A stretch of 64,000 nucleotides of DNA from Candidatus Woesearchaeota archaeon (GTDB taxonomy: Archaea > Nanobdellota > Nanobdellia > Woesearchaeales > 0-14-0-80-44-23): contig JAVZCZ010000001.1 of the NCBI GenBank assembly GCA_038874135.1, positions 832,001 through 896,000 on the forward strand, in the 5' to 3' direction. Under the pieces are notes generated by a model. It saw only the letters and a list, made by a program, of their open reading frames with translations. It ran no database searches and had not been told where the DNA came from. Numbering within the stretch: position 1 is the first letter of the stretch; each line of letters begins with the position of its first letter. A program made the translations under genes and the position numbers. Of the stretch, positions 36,928 through 46,577 are shown in pieces.

Positions 36928-36972
36928 AGTATTTAAAAAGTGAAAACTTTAAAATGGGCTTACCAATTGGGT

Positions 36973-37272
36973 TTAAGAAATCTTTACCTGCTGGAAGTAG
37001 TTCTCCCACGCATTTGAGATTGCCTTCATCTTTTCAATACGGCTCCTGCTCGGATCAATAGGCTTGTGTTGCCCTTCTGCCAGAACATTTTCAGCAAGTG
37101 CTTCCATGTCTAAGAAGCTCTGGTCCAGCGCAGCATACACTGGGTTAGACAGGTTCTGGTGTATGTACATCCTGGCGTCCCTGCAGATTAATATTATATT
37201 CTGCAGGTTGGAAGTTGACATCTGTTGTAAGTTCTGCTTTATTTCATACACATACTTTATAAGTTTGTCCAT
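36973..37272 (-). CDS. Hypothetical protein
   Basis: 99-aa helical ORF with GAGGGG RBS. Confidence 0.55.
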   Translation of the reverse strand: MDKLIKYVYEIKQNLQQMSTSNLQNIILICRDARMYIHQNLSNPVYAALDQSFLDMEALAENVLAEGQHKPIDPSRSRIEKMKAISNAWENYFQQVKIS

Positions 37273-37313
37273 TTTTCTCCCCTCATCTCGACACTAAAAC
37301 TGAAGAGTGGAAT

Positions 37314-37721
37314 GTGTTAAATATGAGCAGATTTAAATATTTTACTATTTTGGATACCAATATGGTAAAAAGTATAAAAATATCTGTTAAAGGTAAGAAG
37401 GTATTTATAAATGCTCTTGCTTATAGAAACATGTTCCAACAAGCCAGAGGCTTAATGTTTTCCGTAAAGAAAAATATTTTATTCATATTCAAAAAGGAAA
37501 GATACATTCAGCTTCACATGTGGTTTGTGTTCTTTCCAATCTGGGCATTCTTCATAGACAGCAAGGGAAAAATTGTAGAAAGAAAATTTCTGCACCCATT
37601 TCAGATCTACTTTGCCAGGTGTAAAGCCCGCTATGTATTAGAAGTGCCCAATGAAGATCTAGGAAATAAGATAAGTGTTGGAGACACACTGCTCTGGAAG
37701 CCAGCTTCCAACAAGCTGTAA
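37314..37721 (+). CDS. DUF192-family protein
   Basis: QARGLMF, LHMWFVFFPI, ARYVLE; true start probably MVKS at 37361-37364 region. Confidence 0.85.
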   Translation: MLNMSRFKYFTILDTNMVKSIKISVKGKKVFINALAYRNMFQQARGLMFSVKKNILFIFKKERYIQLHMWFVFFPIWAFFIDSKGKIVERKFLHPFQIYFARCKARYVLEVPNEDLGNKISVGDTLLWKPASNKL

Positions 37722-37766
37722 ACCATAAAGCTTTATAAATCAGTCAGATTAACCAGCAATGCTGAG

Positions 37767-37882
37767 GGGGACATAGTATAACCTGGCAGAACGTGAGGCT
37801 CCAGACACTGGAGCGCTGAGCGAAAGCGATGAAGAAGCGCGGAGGAAACCTTAAGGTCGGGGTTCAAATCCCCGTGTCCCCA
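37767..37882 (+). tRNA. tRNA-Trp(CCA) with ~43-nt intron at 37/38 (about 37805-37847)
   Basis: Acceptor GGGGACA/TGTCCCC, anticodon stem TGAGG/CCTTA, CCA at 37801-37803, T arm CGGGGTTCAAATCCCCG. Confidence 0.92.
37805..37847 (+). ncRNA. Intron-encoded minimal C/D-box guide for Cm34 of tRNA-Trp
   Basis: Guide CTGGAGC complementary to GCTCCAG, D-type box CTGA 37816-37819, C-type box ATGAAGA; fifth nucleotide upstream of the box pairs with C34. Confidence 0.7.
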
Positions 37883-37899
37883 CCTCTTTTAAAACATTC

Positions 37900-38496
37900 C
37901 TATTTAATCTCAACCTTCATAAGCTTGCCCGGATTTATTACTGTGGTCCTTCCAACCTGTTCAATAATCCCGGAGTTCTCGTGAAGGTGCCCGCAAAAAA
38001 GTAAATCCACCCTGTTGTGGCGTATAAAATCTGAAATGTCCCTACTGCCAACATGCATGCCGTTCAAAACATCTAACCTGGTGCCATATGGCGGAGCGTG
38101 CGTTACAAATATTGACCTTCTTTCTTTATTAATCTTTATTGCTCTCGCAAACTCTTCAGCTACTCTTTTAAACTCAGCATCTCTAAGAGTAAACCCTCCA
38201 GAACCGTAACCCATTATCAAAAACTTGTCATACACTAAAAACTTCTTATGAATATTCTTAACATTTTCAAATTTTTGACATAACAGTTCCAGATGCTCAG
38301 GCGACTCGTGATTACCCGGAACTATAAAAATTGGAATGCCAGCAGAGTCAAGCTTTTTAAGAATCCCTTCAAGGCCCTTCTGAAAGTTTGTGATATCCCC
38401 ACAGCAGAACATTGCCTCAGCCCCTCTCGCCTCTTTTAGTATCCTGCTCAGCAAAGACCTACTCCCGTGAATGTCTGAAAACAGCAGCGCTTTCAT
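37900..38496 (-). CDS. Metallophosphoesterase (calcineurin-like)
   Basis: SDIHG, GDIT, PGNHE, THAPP, GHLHE, INPG. Confidence 0.92.
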   Translation of the reverse strand: MKALLFSDIHGSRSLLSRILKEARGAEAMFCCGDITNFQKGLEGILKKLDSAGIPIFIVPGNHESPEHLELLCQKFENVKNIHKKFLVYDKFLIMGYGSGGFTLRDAEFKRVAEEFARAIKINKERRSIFVTHAPPYGTRLDVLNGMHVGSRDISDFIRHNRVDLLFCGHLHENSGIIEQVGRTTVINPGKLMKVEIK

Positions 38497-38574
38497 AACT
38501 TAACTCAGAATATTTTCATTTTTAAAACTTTACCAATAATTTTTTATAAAACTCAAGAAACACTCAACACGAAT

Positions 38575-39990
38575 ATGAATCCTGAACACTTAGGAATAGA
38601 AAAAAATCTGGAAGTCATGAACGAGGCGGGAAAGGAAGTGCTTACATTCTTCACAAGCAGCTACACTGCCAAGGAAGCAGAAGAGCTACTGCTTCAGAAC
38701 CCCGGTAAGAGCGTCTACCTATTTTCTGAAAGAGAGGTAGGCACGCACCACAAGCCCGGATTCTTCTCAAGATATGCTCCGTCAATAATATACGCAATAA
38801 ACACGGAACTTCAACCAGAGCAGAGAAGGATATTCTACTCAAAAAACAGGTTTAACTACGGGCTTAACAAGCTGGCATACCTGCTCTCCACAATTGACAA
38901 GTCGATAATGCACGGCTTATATTCTGTCAGCCAGATGAGGAGCAAGATACACACCTTAAACTCCGTTTCGGGAATACTGAACAAGCATTCATTCAAGATG
39001 GATGAGCCTCCTGAAAATGCGCAGTTCTCTCTGGATGAGATAGTGGATTATTTAATATCTGTTAAGCTTAGGGCTTCAGAGCTGCTAGCACAGCTGGACC
39101 TTCCCGAAGGCGCTCGCATAAAAGAGCGAAAATATTCAGAAAATAAGCTGCACTATCCATTCCTTTTCAGAAATCTCCTGGGAGAAAATCTTGAAAAGAT
39201 AATCCTCTACGGCTCAAGCGCCACCTCTGAAGGAAACGACTATGACAATCTACTAATAGTGCGGGAGCTTAACAGAGATGTATATTCTAAAATAAGAGAC
39301 TCCAAGCCGTATGAGGGTGAAAAGCCTGTTGGCGGAGTTTTGATTCCCGAAAGCCTCTTTTACAAGTATATGCTCTCCAATGCTAACAACAGGATAATTG
39401 CCTCCACAGGAAAGCTAGTTCTCGGAGATTCAGTGCTCATACCTGTTGATTCCGACTATGTCATAGTTCAGAAGGAGTTATACCACGCTGCTATGGGCAC
39501 GATGCAGCTCCGCTCTGCACTAAACCTGGCATTCTCAAAAGCTGAAGAGATATTCGGCAAGGAAGGACTCTTTGAATTTTTCATGAAAATTCCAAGATTT
39601 ACGCTTTCAGCATTCCTAGCAACCGAGCACTATCTCAAGCACGGGACTTACTGGTTCTTTGAAAAGCAGGACATAATGCCAATCCTCAAGCAGAGGTTCA
39701 ACTATGAAATCCAAGAAATGAGAAACGATAAAGAGTTTATTAGGCGCTCATTCCTTACAGCCAACGAAGTGAACTCCAAAATAATTGACGAGTACTACAA
39801 TGATGACGCATTAAAAGCAGAAGACGAGCTGATAGTTCCAGTTCTCTCAACCCAGGACGGAACAATCATCTCAGAGTTTTCGGGTAAAAAACTTGTAATC
39901 ATAGACGCGGAAGAGAATCCAATCCCCGGAGAGAAAGTTCCCGTAAAAATTATAAAAGACGGCAGGATAATTCTTGCCAGGCGAATATGA
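38575..39990 (+). CDS. Hypothetical protein with Pol-beta-type nucleotidyltransferase motif
   Basis: IILYGSSATSEGNDYDNLLIV; possible C-terminal TRAM-like beta domain. Confidence 0.6.
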   Translation: MNPEHLGIEKNLEVMNEAGKEVLTFFTSSYTAKEAEELLLQNPGKSVYLFSEREVGTHHKPGFFSRYAPSIIYAINTELQPEQRRIFYSKNRFNYGLNKLAYLLSTIDKSIMHGLYSVSQMRSKIHTLNSVSGILNKHSFKMDEPPENAQFSLDEIVDYLISVKLRASELLAQLDLPEGARIKERKYSENKLHYPFLFRNLLGENLEKIILYGSSATSEGNDYDNLLIVRELNRDVYSKIRDSKPYEGEKPVGGVLIPESLFYKYMLSNANNRIIASTGKLVLGDSVLIPVDSDYVIVQKELYHAAMGTMQLRSALNLAFSKAEEIFGKEGLFEFFMKIPRFTLSAFLATEHYLKHGTYWFFEKQDIMPILKQRFNYEIQEMRNDKEFIRRSFLTANEVNSKIIDEYYNDDALKAEDELIVPVLSTQDGTIISEFSGKKLVIIDAEENPIPGEKVPVKIIKDGRIILARRI

Positions 39991-40002
39991 AATTTTGAAA
40001 TT

Positions 40003-41226
40003 TTAGGACGCCCTGTAATAATCTTCCAGAACAATCCTGTCAATACCTGCAAGCTCCCTCACCCTGAAGAACCTTCCGCGGCCAATACCTGCAAGCTCCC
40101 TGGCAAGCTTTTCAGCAGTCGCGTCAAGGCGTATTCCAACTATAGATATTGTAATTCCCGAACTGGCAGCTGAAGAAGCAGCCCTCTTAGCATCCTCTTC
40201 AGGACTAATCCCCCGGGTAGGAACTGCATCACTTATGAGTATTATGTGCCTTGCAGAGCCGTCATCCTTTGAAAGGAGCTCAGCAGCCTCGCTGATTCCA
40301 AGAGCGATGTCAGTCTCCCCGTATGGGCGAATAGCACTTATCCTTATAAGTATCTCGCGAAAGTCGCGTAGTGGGCTTAAGCTTAATCTGACATCCTTTC
40401 CGAAAACTACAACTCCTACTGAATCTCCCTCCAAGATTGCCTTGTAGGCAAGGGCTATCCCAGCCTTCTTGCACTGTTCAATCTTCTCACCAGACATGCT
40501 TCCAGATGCGTCTAAAGCATAGACAACTTGTAAAGAAGACTTTTTCTCCCTTTCAGATATGGCGAGATCCTCAGGCATTATGCTGGTGTGCCCCCGCCTT
40601 ATGGCCCTCACAGCGCTTCCCGCAATGTCTAAGTCCTTATACCTATTCTTCCTATAAGCTGCCCGCTCAGCTCTGAAGCCCTCTGAGGACTTCCTGACTT
40701 GGGCCTTCCTTCCTAAAATTCCTCTCTTAGAAGCAGAGTCAATCTCTTCAAAGTAGCTTATGTATGCAGCCAGCTCAATCCCCCTCTCAGTAGGCTCTCC
40801 ATTTTCAATGAGCCCTTCTGATTCCAAAAGCTTTAAGCGGTCTTCAATCCTCTTTTTCAGGACGCTTCTAAACTCTGGAATCCTAATGTTCTTTTCTACA
40901 TACTCTTCTGAAAATCCTGAAACCTCCCTTATAAATGTCTTTCCGTAAATGTTTTTAGCCATCTTGTAATCCTTCACTATTTCCTCAAATATTGATTCTG
41001 CATTCAGAGGAATCCTGTAGTTTATTGAGGTTGAGAGAACCTTCGCGGATTTTACAATCTCAACATCATTTTCTAAAACAGAGTGCATAAGCCCTTTAGA
41101 ACCATTCCTGCCAACACTTCCCGAGAGCTCTTCTATCCTCTTCCCATCTGAGAAATTAAAACTTGAATCCGAACTGCTGCTAAAGGTAACCGCCCTTTTG
41201 CTGGAAGTCCTGCTTAGCCCTTTCAA
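40003..41226 (-). CDS. VWA domain protein (chelatase/MoxR partner)
   Basis: LDASGSM MIDAS, TDIALG, ILISD. Confidence 0.88.
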   Translation of the reverse strand: MKGLSRTSSKRAVTFSSSSDSSFNFSDGKRIEELSGSVGRNGSKGLMHSVLENDVEIVKSAKVLSTSINYRIPLNAESIFEEIVKDYKMAKNIYGKTFIREVSGFSEEYVEKNIRIPEFRSVLKKRIEDRLKLLESEGLIENGEPTERGIELAAYISYFEEIDSASKRGILGRKAQVRKSSEGFRAERAAYRKNRYKDLDIAGSAVRAIRRGHTSIMPEDLAISEREKKSSLQVVYALDASGSMSGEKIEQCKKAGIALAYKAILEGDSVGVVVFGKDVRLSLSPLRDFREILIRISAIRPYGETDIALGISEAAELLSKDDGSARHIILISDAVPTRGISPEEDAKRAASSAASSGITISIVGIRLDATAEKLARELAGIGRGRFFRVRELAGIDRIVLEDYYRAS

Positions 41227-42223
41227 ATTCCTTCTTTATTAGCTCTTCAGTAGTTGTAAGGAATTTTGAAGCCGGCTTGAGCCCTATCCTGTGCGAGAGC
41301 ACTGAAACAACTGCTTCCTCCAAATCTTCCAGAAGGACAACTTTCCTTCCCGCGAGGATGGCATTCGCCTGCGCCCTCTCATACAGCCCTATTGAAGCTC
41401 TCACGCTGGGAAGCTTCTCCAGCTCCTTATTAGTCCGGAGCTCCCTAACAAATGATATTGCGAACCTGAGCAGCTCATCTGGAAAATCAGCCAGCCTGAG
41501 TCCCTTCCTTCTAACTATCTCGGTTTCAACCTCAATAGTTTCAGGATATCCCATGTAGGTTATATCAAACCTGTCCAGAAATACATCTGAGAGCGGCTCA
41601 GTGCTCTTATCTTCAGGATTCATAGTCCCTATAAAGATGAAGCTTGCAGGAAAATCCACTTCATAACTGCCAATAGTTATCTTCCCTTCTTCCAGCACCT
41701 GCAGCAATGCATTCTGAAGCTTCTCCGGACACCTGTTCAGCTCGTCAAAAAACAGGATGCCGTTGTTAGCCCTAAAGATCTTTCCGGGAGTGAACGCTTC
41801 TACAGATAGGGGTCCGAACTTCATAGCCTTTATCGGATCTATATCCCCAAAAAGGTCCTCTGCAGTCAGGTCCGGGCTTCCCTGCACCCTTATGAAACGT
41901 TCCTCTCCAGAAATCTCCTTCGTCTTAACCTTTGCTCCAGCCTTGCAGGAAGGGCATAACGGATTTTCCGGAAGGCAGTTGTAGCCGCAGTCATTAACCC
42001 TTACCCTTGGAAGAAGCTTAGCTATATTCTTTGCCAGAGTAGTCTTTCCAACTCCAGGAGGACCCACTATTATTATGTGTCTCCCGGTTATCAAGGCGGA
42101 CTTTATATCTTGCTTAGCGGAGTCCTGCCCCAATATGTCCTTCAGCGGGTCTTTTTCCTCCCGAAAGATTTTCTGAAATTCCTGAGCGAGCGCGTTTGCC
42201 AATTCTATCCTGCAAGCTGTCAA
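41180..42223 (-). CDS. AAA+ ATPase, MoxR/Mg-chelatase-I-like
   Basis: GPPGVGKT, FFDELNR, QNALLQVLEEG, TMNP, FLDRF. Confidence 0.9.
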   Translation of the reverse strand: MTACRIELANALAQEFQKIFREEKDPLKDILGQDSAKQDIKSALITGRHIIIVGPPGVGKTTLAKNIAKLLPRVRVNDCGYNCLPENPLCPSCKAGAKVKTKEISGEERFIRVQGSPDLTAEDLFGDIDPIKAMKFGPLSVEAFTPGKIFRANNGILFFDELNRCPEKLQNALLQVLEEGKITIGSYEVDFPASFIFIGTMNPEDKSTEPLSDVFLDRFDITYMGYPETIEVETEIVRRKGLRLADFPDELLRFAISFVRELRTNKELEKLPSVRASIGLYERAQANAILAGRKVVLLEDLEEAVVSVLSHRIGLKPASKFLTTTEELIKKEFERAKQDFQQKGGYL

Positions 42224-42283
42224 TCTGCAAAATTTATAAATGTTTCCACAAAATTTTAATATGCTGGCTGAATAGCAGGGCTC

Positions 42284-42763
42284 ATGAGGAGCAATAATGA
42301 GCTTACAAACTTCTTAATAGCAATCGCCCTGCTCATGGCTTTCATATTTGGAGTTTCCTTCTTCATATACTATGCTAAGGAGCACTACAGCCCAGCATGC
42401 GGCTGCAACGTTCCCCTACCCCTGATGATTTTAATACTCTCTTCTTTGGGAGTATTTATAGGAGCAGTCTGCTACTACTTATTCCTTAAATCCTTCCTTG
42501 TTAAAGAAGAAGTCATACACTCAAATGTTGAGAAAACCCTTGACTTTTTGGAGCCTGAAGAGAGAAAAATAATTAAGGCGCTCATAGATGGGAGCGGAAG
42601 GTGCGCGCAGAACACTTTAAAAAAGATAACTGGAATTGACGCTGTCAGATTGCACAGGCGCATAGTTTCCTTGGAATCAAGGGGAATAATCAAAAGAGAG
42701 AGGAATGGAATGACTAAGATTGTAATTCTTGAAGAGCCTTTCTCAAAAATTTTCATTAAATGA
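42284..42763 (+). CDS. Membrane-anchored wHTH regulator
   Basis: Two TM helices with CGC loop, then LEPEERKII..Q..L..LESRGII wHTH. Confidence 0.75.
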   Translation: MRSNNELTNFLIAIALLMAFIFGVSFFIYYAKEHYSPACGCNVPLPLMILILSSLGVFIGAVCYYLFLKSFLVKEEVIHSNVEKTLDFLEPEERKIIKALIDGSGRCAQNTLKKITGIDAVRLHRRIVSLESRGIIKRERNGMTKIVILEEPFSKIFIK

Positions 42764-42858
42764 AACAATTACAGATAGTTATTTCAAATTTTGAAACAAA
42801 CCTTTATAAGGCATTTCAAACATCTTTCCTAATTAAACAAATTAAATTTGGTGATTTC

Positions 42859-44529
42859 ATGGAAAGAAAAGCGCGAATTTTAATGCTAGCACTTACACTA
42901 ATGCTCCTTACAACCATAGGAGCATTTCCTACAAGGGCTCAGAATCTCTCCAACCAGGAAGGCAAAATCGTGCTATACCTATTCTGGGGAGATGGATGTC
43001 CACACTGTGCAGAAGAAAAGCCATTCCTAATGCAGCTTCAACAAAAGTACCCTCAGCTTGAAATAAGAATGTTTGAAGTATGGCACAACGAGTCAAACAG
43101 AGAACTCTTCTATGAGATGGCATCCCAGCACGGCATAAGGGCTGAAGGTGTTCCAACAACATTCTTAGGAAACAAGTCCTGGGTTGGATACTCTCAGCAG
43201 ATAGGCAGCGAGATAGAGCGTCAGCTTCAGCTAATGATTTACCAGCAGGCTCCAAGGCAGCTCTGCATACACCTCTTCATAAACAATGACTGCAGTCAGT
43301 GTTCAAGCGTACTTCCCTTCTTAGAATCTGTCAGAAAGAAATATGGAATAGACCTTAAGATTCATGATGTCTCAAACTCTTCAGAAGCGCAACTCTACGA
43401 GCAGCTCAAAGATATGTACTCCCTTCCAGAAGCAGGCTTCCCAATAGTATTTATGGGAAACTCATACTATGTGGGCACGAACTCAATAACAAAGAACCTG
43501 GAAGGAGCAGTTCAATACTGCTTGAGCCACGAGTGTACCTGCCCAATAGATAAGATTTCCGGAATAACACCATACCTTCCAAGGCCTGGAGAGATGAGCC
43601 CTGAAACTAAGACGCTGATAAGCCTTCCGGGAATAGGAGAACTTGACGCGTCTAAGATGTCCCTGCCGTTCTTCACAATAATAATAGCCGGCTTAGACAG
43701 CTTTAACCCATGCGCATTCTTCGTACTTTTCTTCCTTCTCAGCATGCTAATCTATGCAAAGAATAGGAAGAGAATGCTGCTGATAGGGCTTACCTTCGTG
43801 TTCTTCTCAGGCTTGATCTACTTCCTCTTCATGGCTGCCTGGCTTAACATCTTCCTGCTGATAGGAAACCTTAATTTAATAACAACAACCGCAGGTATAA
43901 TTGCAGTGATAGTTGCATTAATCAACATCAAGGATTTCTTCCTCTTCAAAAAGGGAATTTCTCTATCAATTCCAGAGAAGGCGAAGCCGAAGCTATTTGA
44001 AAGGATGAGGTCTCTCCTTAAAGCGTCTTCCCTGAGTTCAATGTTGATAAGCACGATAGTTCTCGCATTGGCGGCGAATAGTTATGAGCTTCTCTGCACA
44101 GCTGGATTTCCGATGGTCTTTACAAGAATACTCACCCTGCACAACATTTCACGAAGCGGGTATTACGCATATCTGCTCCTCTACAATCTCATCTATGTGC
44201 TTCCACTCTTAGTGATAGTGTTATTCTTCACACTAACCTTAGGAGCAAGAAAGCTTACTGAGTGGGAGGGGAGAGTGCTGAAGCTAACCTCAGGACTTAT
44301 GATGCTGCTGCTAGGCATAGTGCTGCTTGTAAAGCCAGCCCTGCTTAACAATGCACTAGTGGCATTTTTACTCCTGGGCGTAGCACTCTTAATTGACCTG
44401 ATAATAATTCTAGCAACAAAGCTGCTTGATAGGAAGGAAGTTGAGATGGAATCTAAAATAGAAGAGCACGAAGAGATCCCAGCTGAAAACAAGGAGAATA
44501 AGATTACATCAGAGAAGAGAAAGAGGTGA
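42859..44529 (+). CDS. Secreted double thioredoxin/glutaredoxin domain + DsbD/CcdA-like membrane domain
   Basis: Signal peptide (MERKAR start), CPHC and CSQC, DSFNPCA and ELLCTAG TM cysteines. Confidence 0.85.
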   Translation: MERKARILMLALTLMLLTTIGAFPTRAQNLSNQEGKIVLYLFWGDGCPHCAEEKPFLMQLQQKYPQLEIRMFEVWHNESNRELFYEMASQHGIRAEGVPTTFLGNKSWVGYSQQIGSEIERQLQLMIYQQAPRQLCIHLFINNDCSQCSSVLPFLESVRKKYGIDLKIHDVSNSSEAQLYEQLKDMYSLPEAGFPIVFMGNSYYVGTNSITKNLEGAVQYCLSHECTCPIDKISGITPYLPRPGEMSPETKTLISLPGIGELDASKMSLPFFTIIIAGLDSFNPCAFFVLFFLLSMLIYAKNRKRMLLIGLTFVFFSGLIYFLFMAAWLNIFLLIGNLNLITTTAGIIAVIVALINIKDFFLFKKGISLSIPEKAKPKLFERMRSLLKASSLSSMLISTIVLALAANSYELLCTAGFPMVFTRILTLHNISRSGYYAYLLLYNLIYVLPLLVIVLFFTLTLGARKLTEWEGRVLKLTSGLMMLLLGIVLLVKPALLNNALVAFLLLGVALLIDLIIILATKLLDRKEVEMESKIEEHEEIPAENKENKITSEKRKR

Positions 44530-44533
44530 TCTG

Positions 44534-44929
44534 ATGCTTCCAAAGAATCTCAAATATGACAAGAACTATTCCTGGATTAAAGTTGATGGCGACATTGCAG
44601 AAGTAGGCATAATAGAGCCGGCAGCTAAAAAGGTTAAAGAGTTCGTGTTCATCGCACTTCCGGATAAGGGCTCAATGATAAAAAGGGGGGAAACATATGC
44701 TTCATTAGAAGCAGTGAAGTGGTCGGGGCACCTGCCAAGTCCAGTCTCTGGAAAGATAATTGAAGTAAATGAGCAGCTTTTTGACACTCCCTCTAACATA
44801 AACTCTTCTCCCTATTCCAGCTGGATTATGAGAGTGAAACTTTCCAACCGCAAGGAGTTGGAAGAGCTTATGAGCTCTGAAGAAGCGGAAAAATTTTATG
44901 AAATAAAAAATGAAAAGGTGAGAGCATGA
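44534..44929 (+). CDS. gcvH: Glycine cleavage H-like lipoyl carrier protein
   Basis: LKY..W, LEAVK lipoyl-lysine, SPVSGKIIEVN, SPY..WI. Confidence 0.88.
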   Translation: MLPKNLKYDKNYSWIKVDGDIAEVGIIEPAAKKVKEFVFIALPDKGSMIKRGETYASLEAVKWSGHLPSPVSGKIIEVNEQLFDTPSNINSSPYSSWIMRVKLSNRKELEELMSSEEAEKFYEIKNEKVRA

Positions 44930-45690
44930 ACTATAAACAGCTCAGCGAAAAATTTACCACAACAATAAAGGGCAAGGCATCCCCAATAGGAATAAAGCTT
45001 TTCACTTCAAGAAAAGATGCAGAAAAGCTAAAGATAGTCCCTTTGGAAGAGCAACTAGCCCTATGCCAGGCAATGAAGCTGGCTGCAGTTTATGAAAAGA
45101 GCAGACTCGTCTTTTTTGAAAATGTAGATGCCTGCGTTGTTGGCTCATACATTTTAGGCTTCGGCCTCCCCCCTGAAGACATAAAGGATAGATGGGTAGC
45201 TGGCTTCAACTACAAGCCCGAGATATTTGAAAAGCTCACATCAGCAATAGAAGCCATACCGCAGAAGAAATACGAAGCTGCAATCATAGCTCCCCTGTAC
45301 GAATTTGAAAGAATAAAACAGAAGCCTGAGGCAGTAGTCATATTCATAAACTCTGCACAGGCATACCTGCTGTTGGTGGGCTACTTTGACGCAATTGGAA
45401 AGAAACCCTACTCAACATTCAACGGGCACGCAGCCTGCGAGGTCATAGCTGCAGTTGCAAATGGAAAGTCACCCTGGCTTACCATACCCTGCGGAGGCGC
45501 TAGAAGCATAGCTGACGCACAGGATGACGAGCTCTGGCTGGGCATGAAGCCGGAGGAGCTGGAAGCTGCAATCAAGCGCCTGGAGAGCGTGGGCTCAAAG
45601 TATCCCGCACCACTAAACCAAATGTTAATAACTCCTATGAATCCGAAGCACCCTCTAACATCTCTTATAAGCAGGAAGCTGCAGCAATAG
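44926..45690 (+). CDS. DUF169-family protein
   Basis: PIGIK, LCQA, AC.VG..LG, AAC, PCGGAR...DDEL. Confidence 0.8.
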   Translation: MNYKQLSEKFTTTIKGKASPIGIKLFTSRKDAEKLKIVPLEEQLALCQAMKLAAVYEKSRLVFFENVDACVVGSYILGFGLPPEDIKDRWVAGFNYKPEIFEKLTSAIEAIPQKKYEAAIIAPLYEFERIKQKPEAVVIFINSAQAYLLLVGYFDAIGKKPYSTFNGHAACEVIAAVANGKSPWLTIPCGGARSIADAQDDELWLGMKPEELEAAIKRLESVGSKYPAPLNQMLITPMNPKHPLTSLISRKLQQ

Positions 45691-45704
45691 TCATTTTTCA
45701 CCTC

Positions 45705-46577
45705 ATGAACAGGCAGCTACCATACTGGATAGGCGTAGGCGCTTATGATAGGCAAGAGTATGTTAAAATATTGAATCTGATAAGAGAGCATCAGCTCAAC
45801 ACAATCTGCCTTGAAGCCAACTGCCCCAACAGGTACAGATGCTTTTCATCCGGGACAGCTACCTTTCTGATACTTGGAAAGGTTTGCACGAGAAATTGTG
45901 CATACTGCAATGTAAGCCATGGAACTCCGAAGGGAGTTGACCGCTCAGAACCAGAAAGAATAGCACAGGCAGTTAAAAAGCTTGGATTAAGACACGCAGT
46001 AATAACCTCAGTAAGCCGGGACGACTTGAAAGACGGGGGCGCTTCCCAATTTTTTGAAACAGCAAGCGCTATAAGAAAAAAGAGCCCCAAATGCAGGATT
46101 GAACTGCTAATTCCAGACTTCCAAGGAAGCACTTCAGCTCTGAAGAGGGTGCTGAGCTCCAACCCTGAAGTGCTCAACCACAACATTGAAGCAGTAAAAG
46201 AGCTGTTCCCAAAACTCAGGCCGCAGGGCAGCTACAACAGGTCCATAAAGCTCCTAAAGAAAGCTAAAACGCTAAACTCTAAGCTCATAACAAAGTCCGG
46301 ACTGATGCTGGGCTTTGGCGAGAGCCTCCCTCAAGTTTTTGAAACGCTTCACGACTTAAAAGACGCAGGCTGCGACATCCTCACAATTGGCCAGTATCTC
46401 CAGCCATCTCCTAATAAAATTCCAGTTCAGAAGTTTTACAAGCCGAGCGAATTTGAACTTATAAAGCGAGAAGCTCTTAAGCTTGGCTTTAAGTCGGTTG
46501 TGTCAGGCCCGCTGGTAAGGAGTTCTTACCTTGCAGAGCAATCATTCTTAGAAGTTGCAAGTGGGAGTGCAGAATGA
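45705..46577 (+). CDS. lipA: Lipoyl synthase
   Basis: CLEANCPNRYRC, CTRNCAYC, TSVSRDDL, GQYLQPS, VRSSY. Confidence 0.96.
   Translation: MNRQLPYWIGVGAYDRQEYVKILNLIREHQLNTICLEANCPNRYRCFSSGTATFLILGKVCTRNCAYCNVSHGTPKGVDRSEPERIAQAVKKLGLRHAVITSVSRDDLKDGGASQFFETASAIRKKSPKCRIELLIPDFQGSTSALKRVLSSNPEVLNHNIEAVKELFPKLRPQGSYNRSIKLLKKAKTLNSKLITKSGLMLGFGESLPQVFETLHDLKDAGCDILTIGQYLQPSPNKIPVQKFYKPSEFELIKREALKLGFKSVVSGPLVRSSYLAEQSFLEVASGSAE

Noticed and set aside
36758-37009. 83-aa minus-strand ORF with STGNKGVS repeats
   Set aside because: The peptide repeat simply reflects the ORB-like DNA duplication; the ORF overlaps the upstream gene and crosses the promoter of the wHTH gene.
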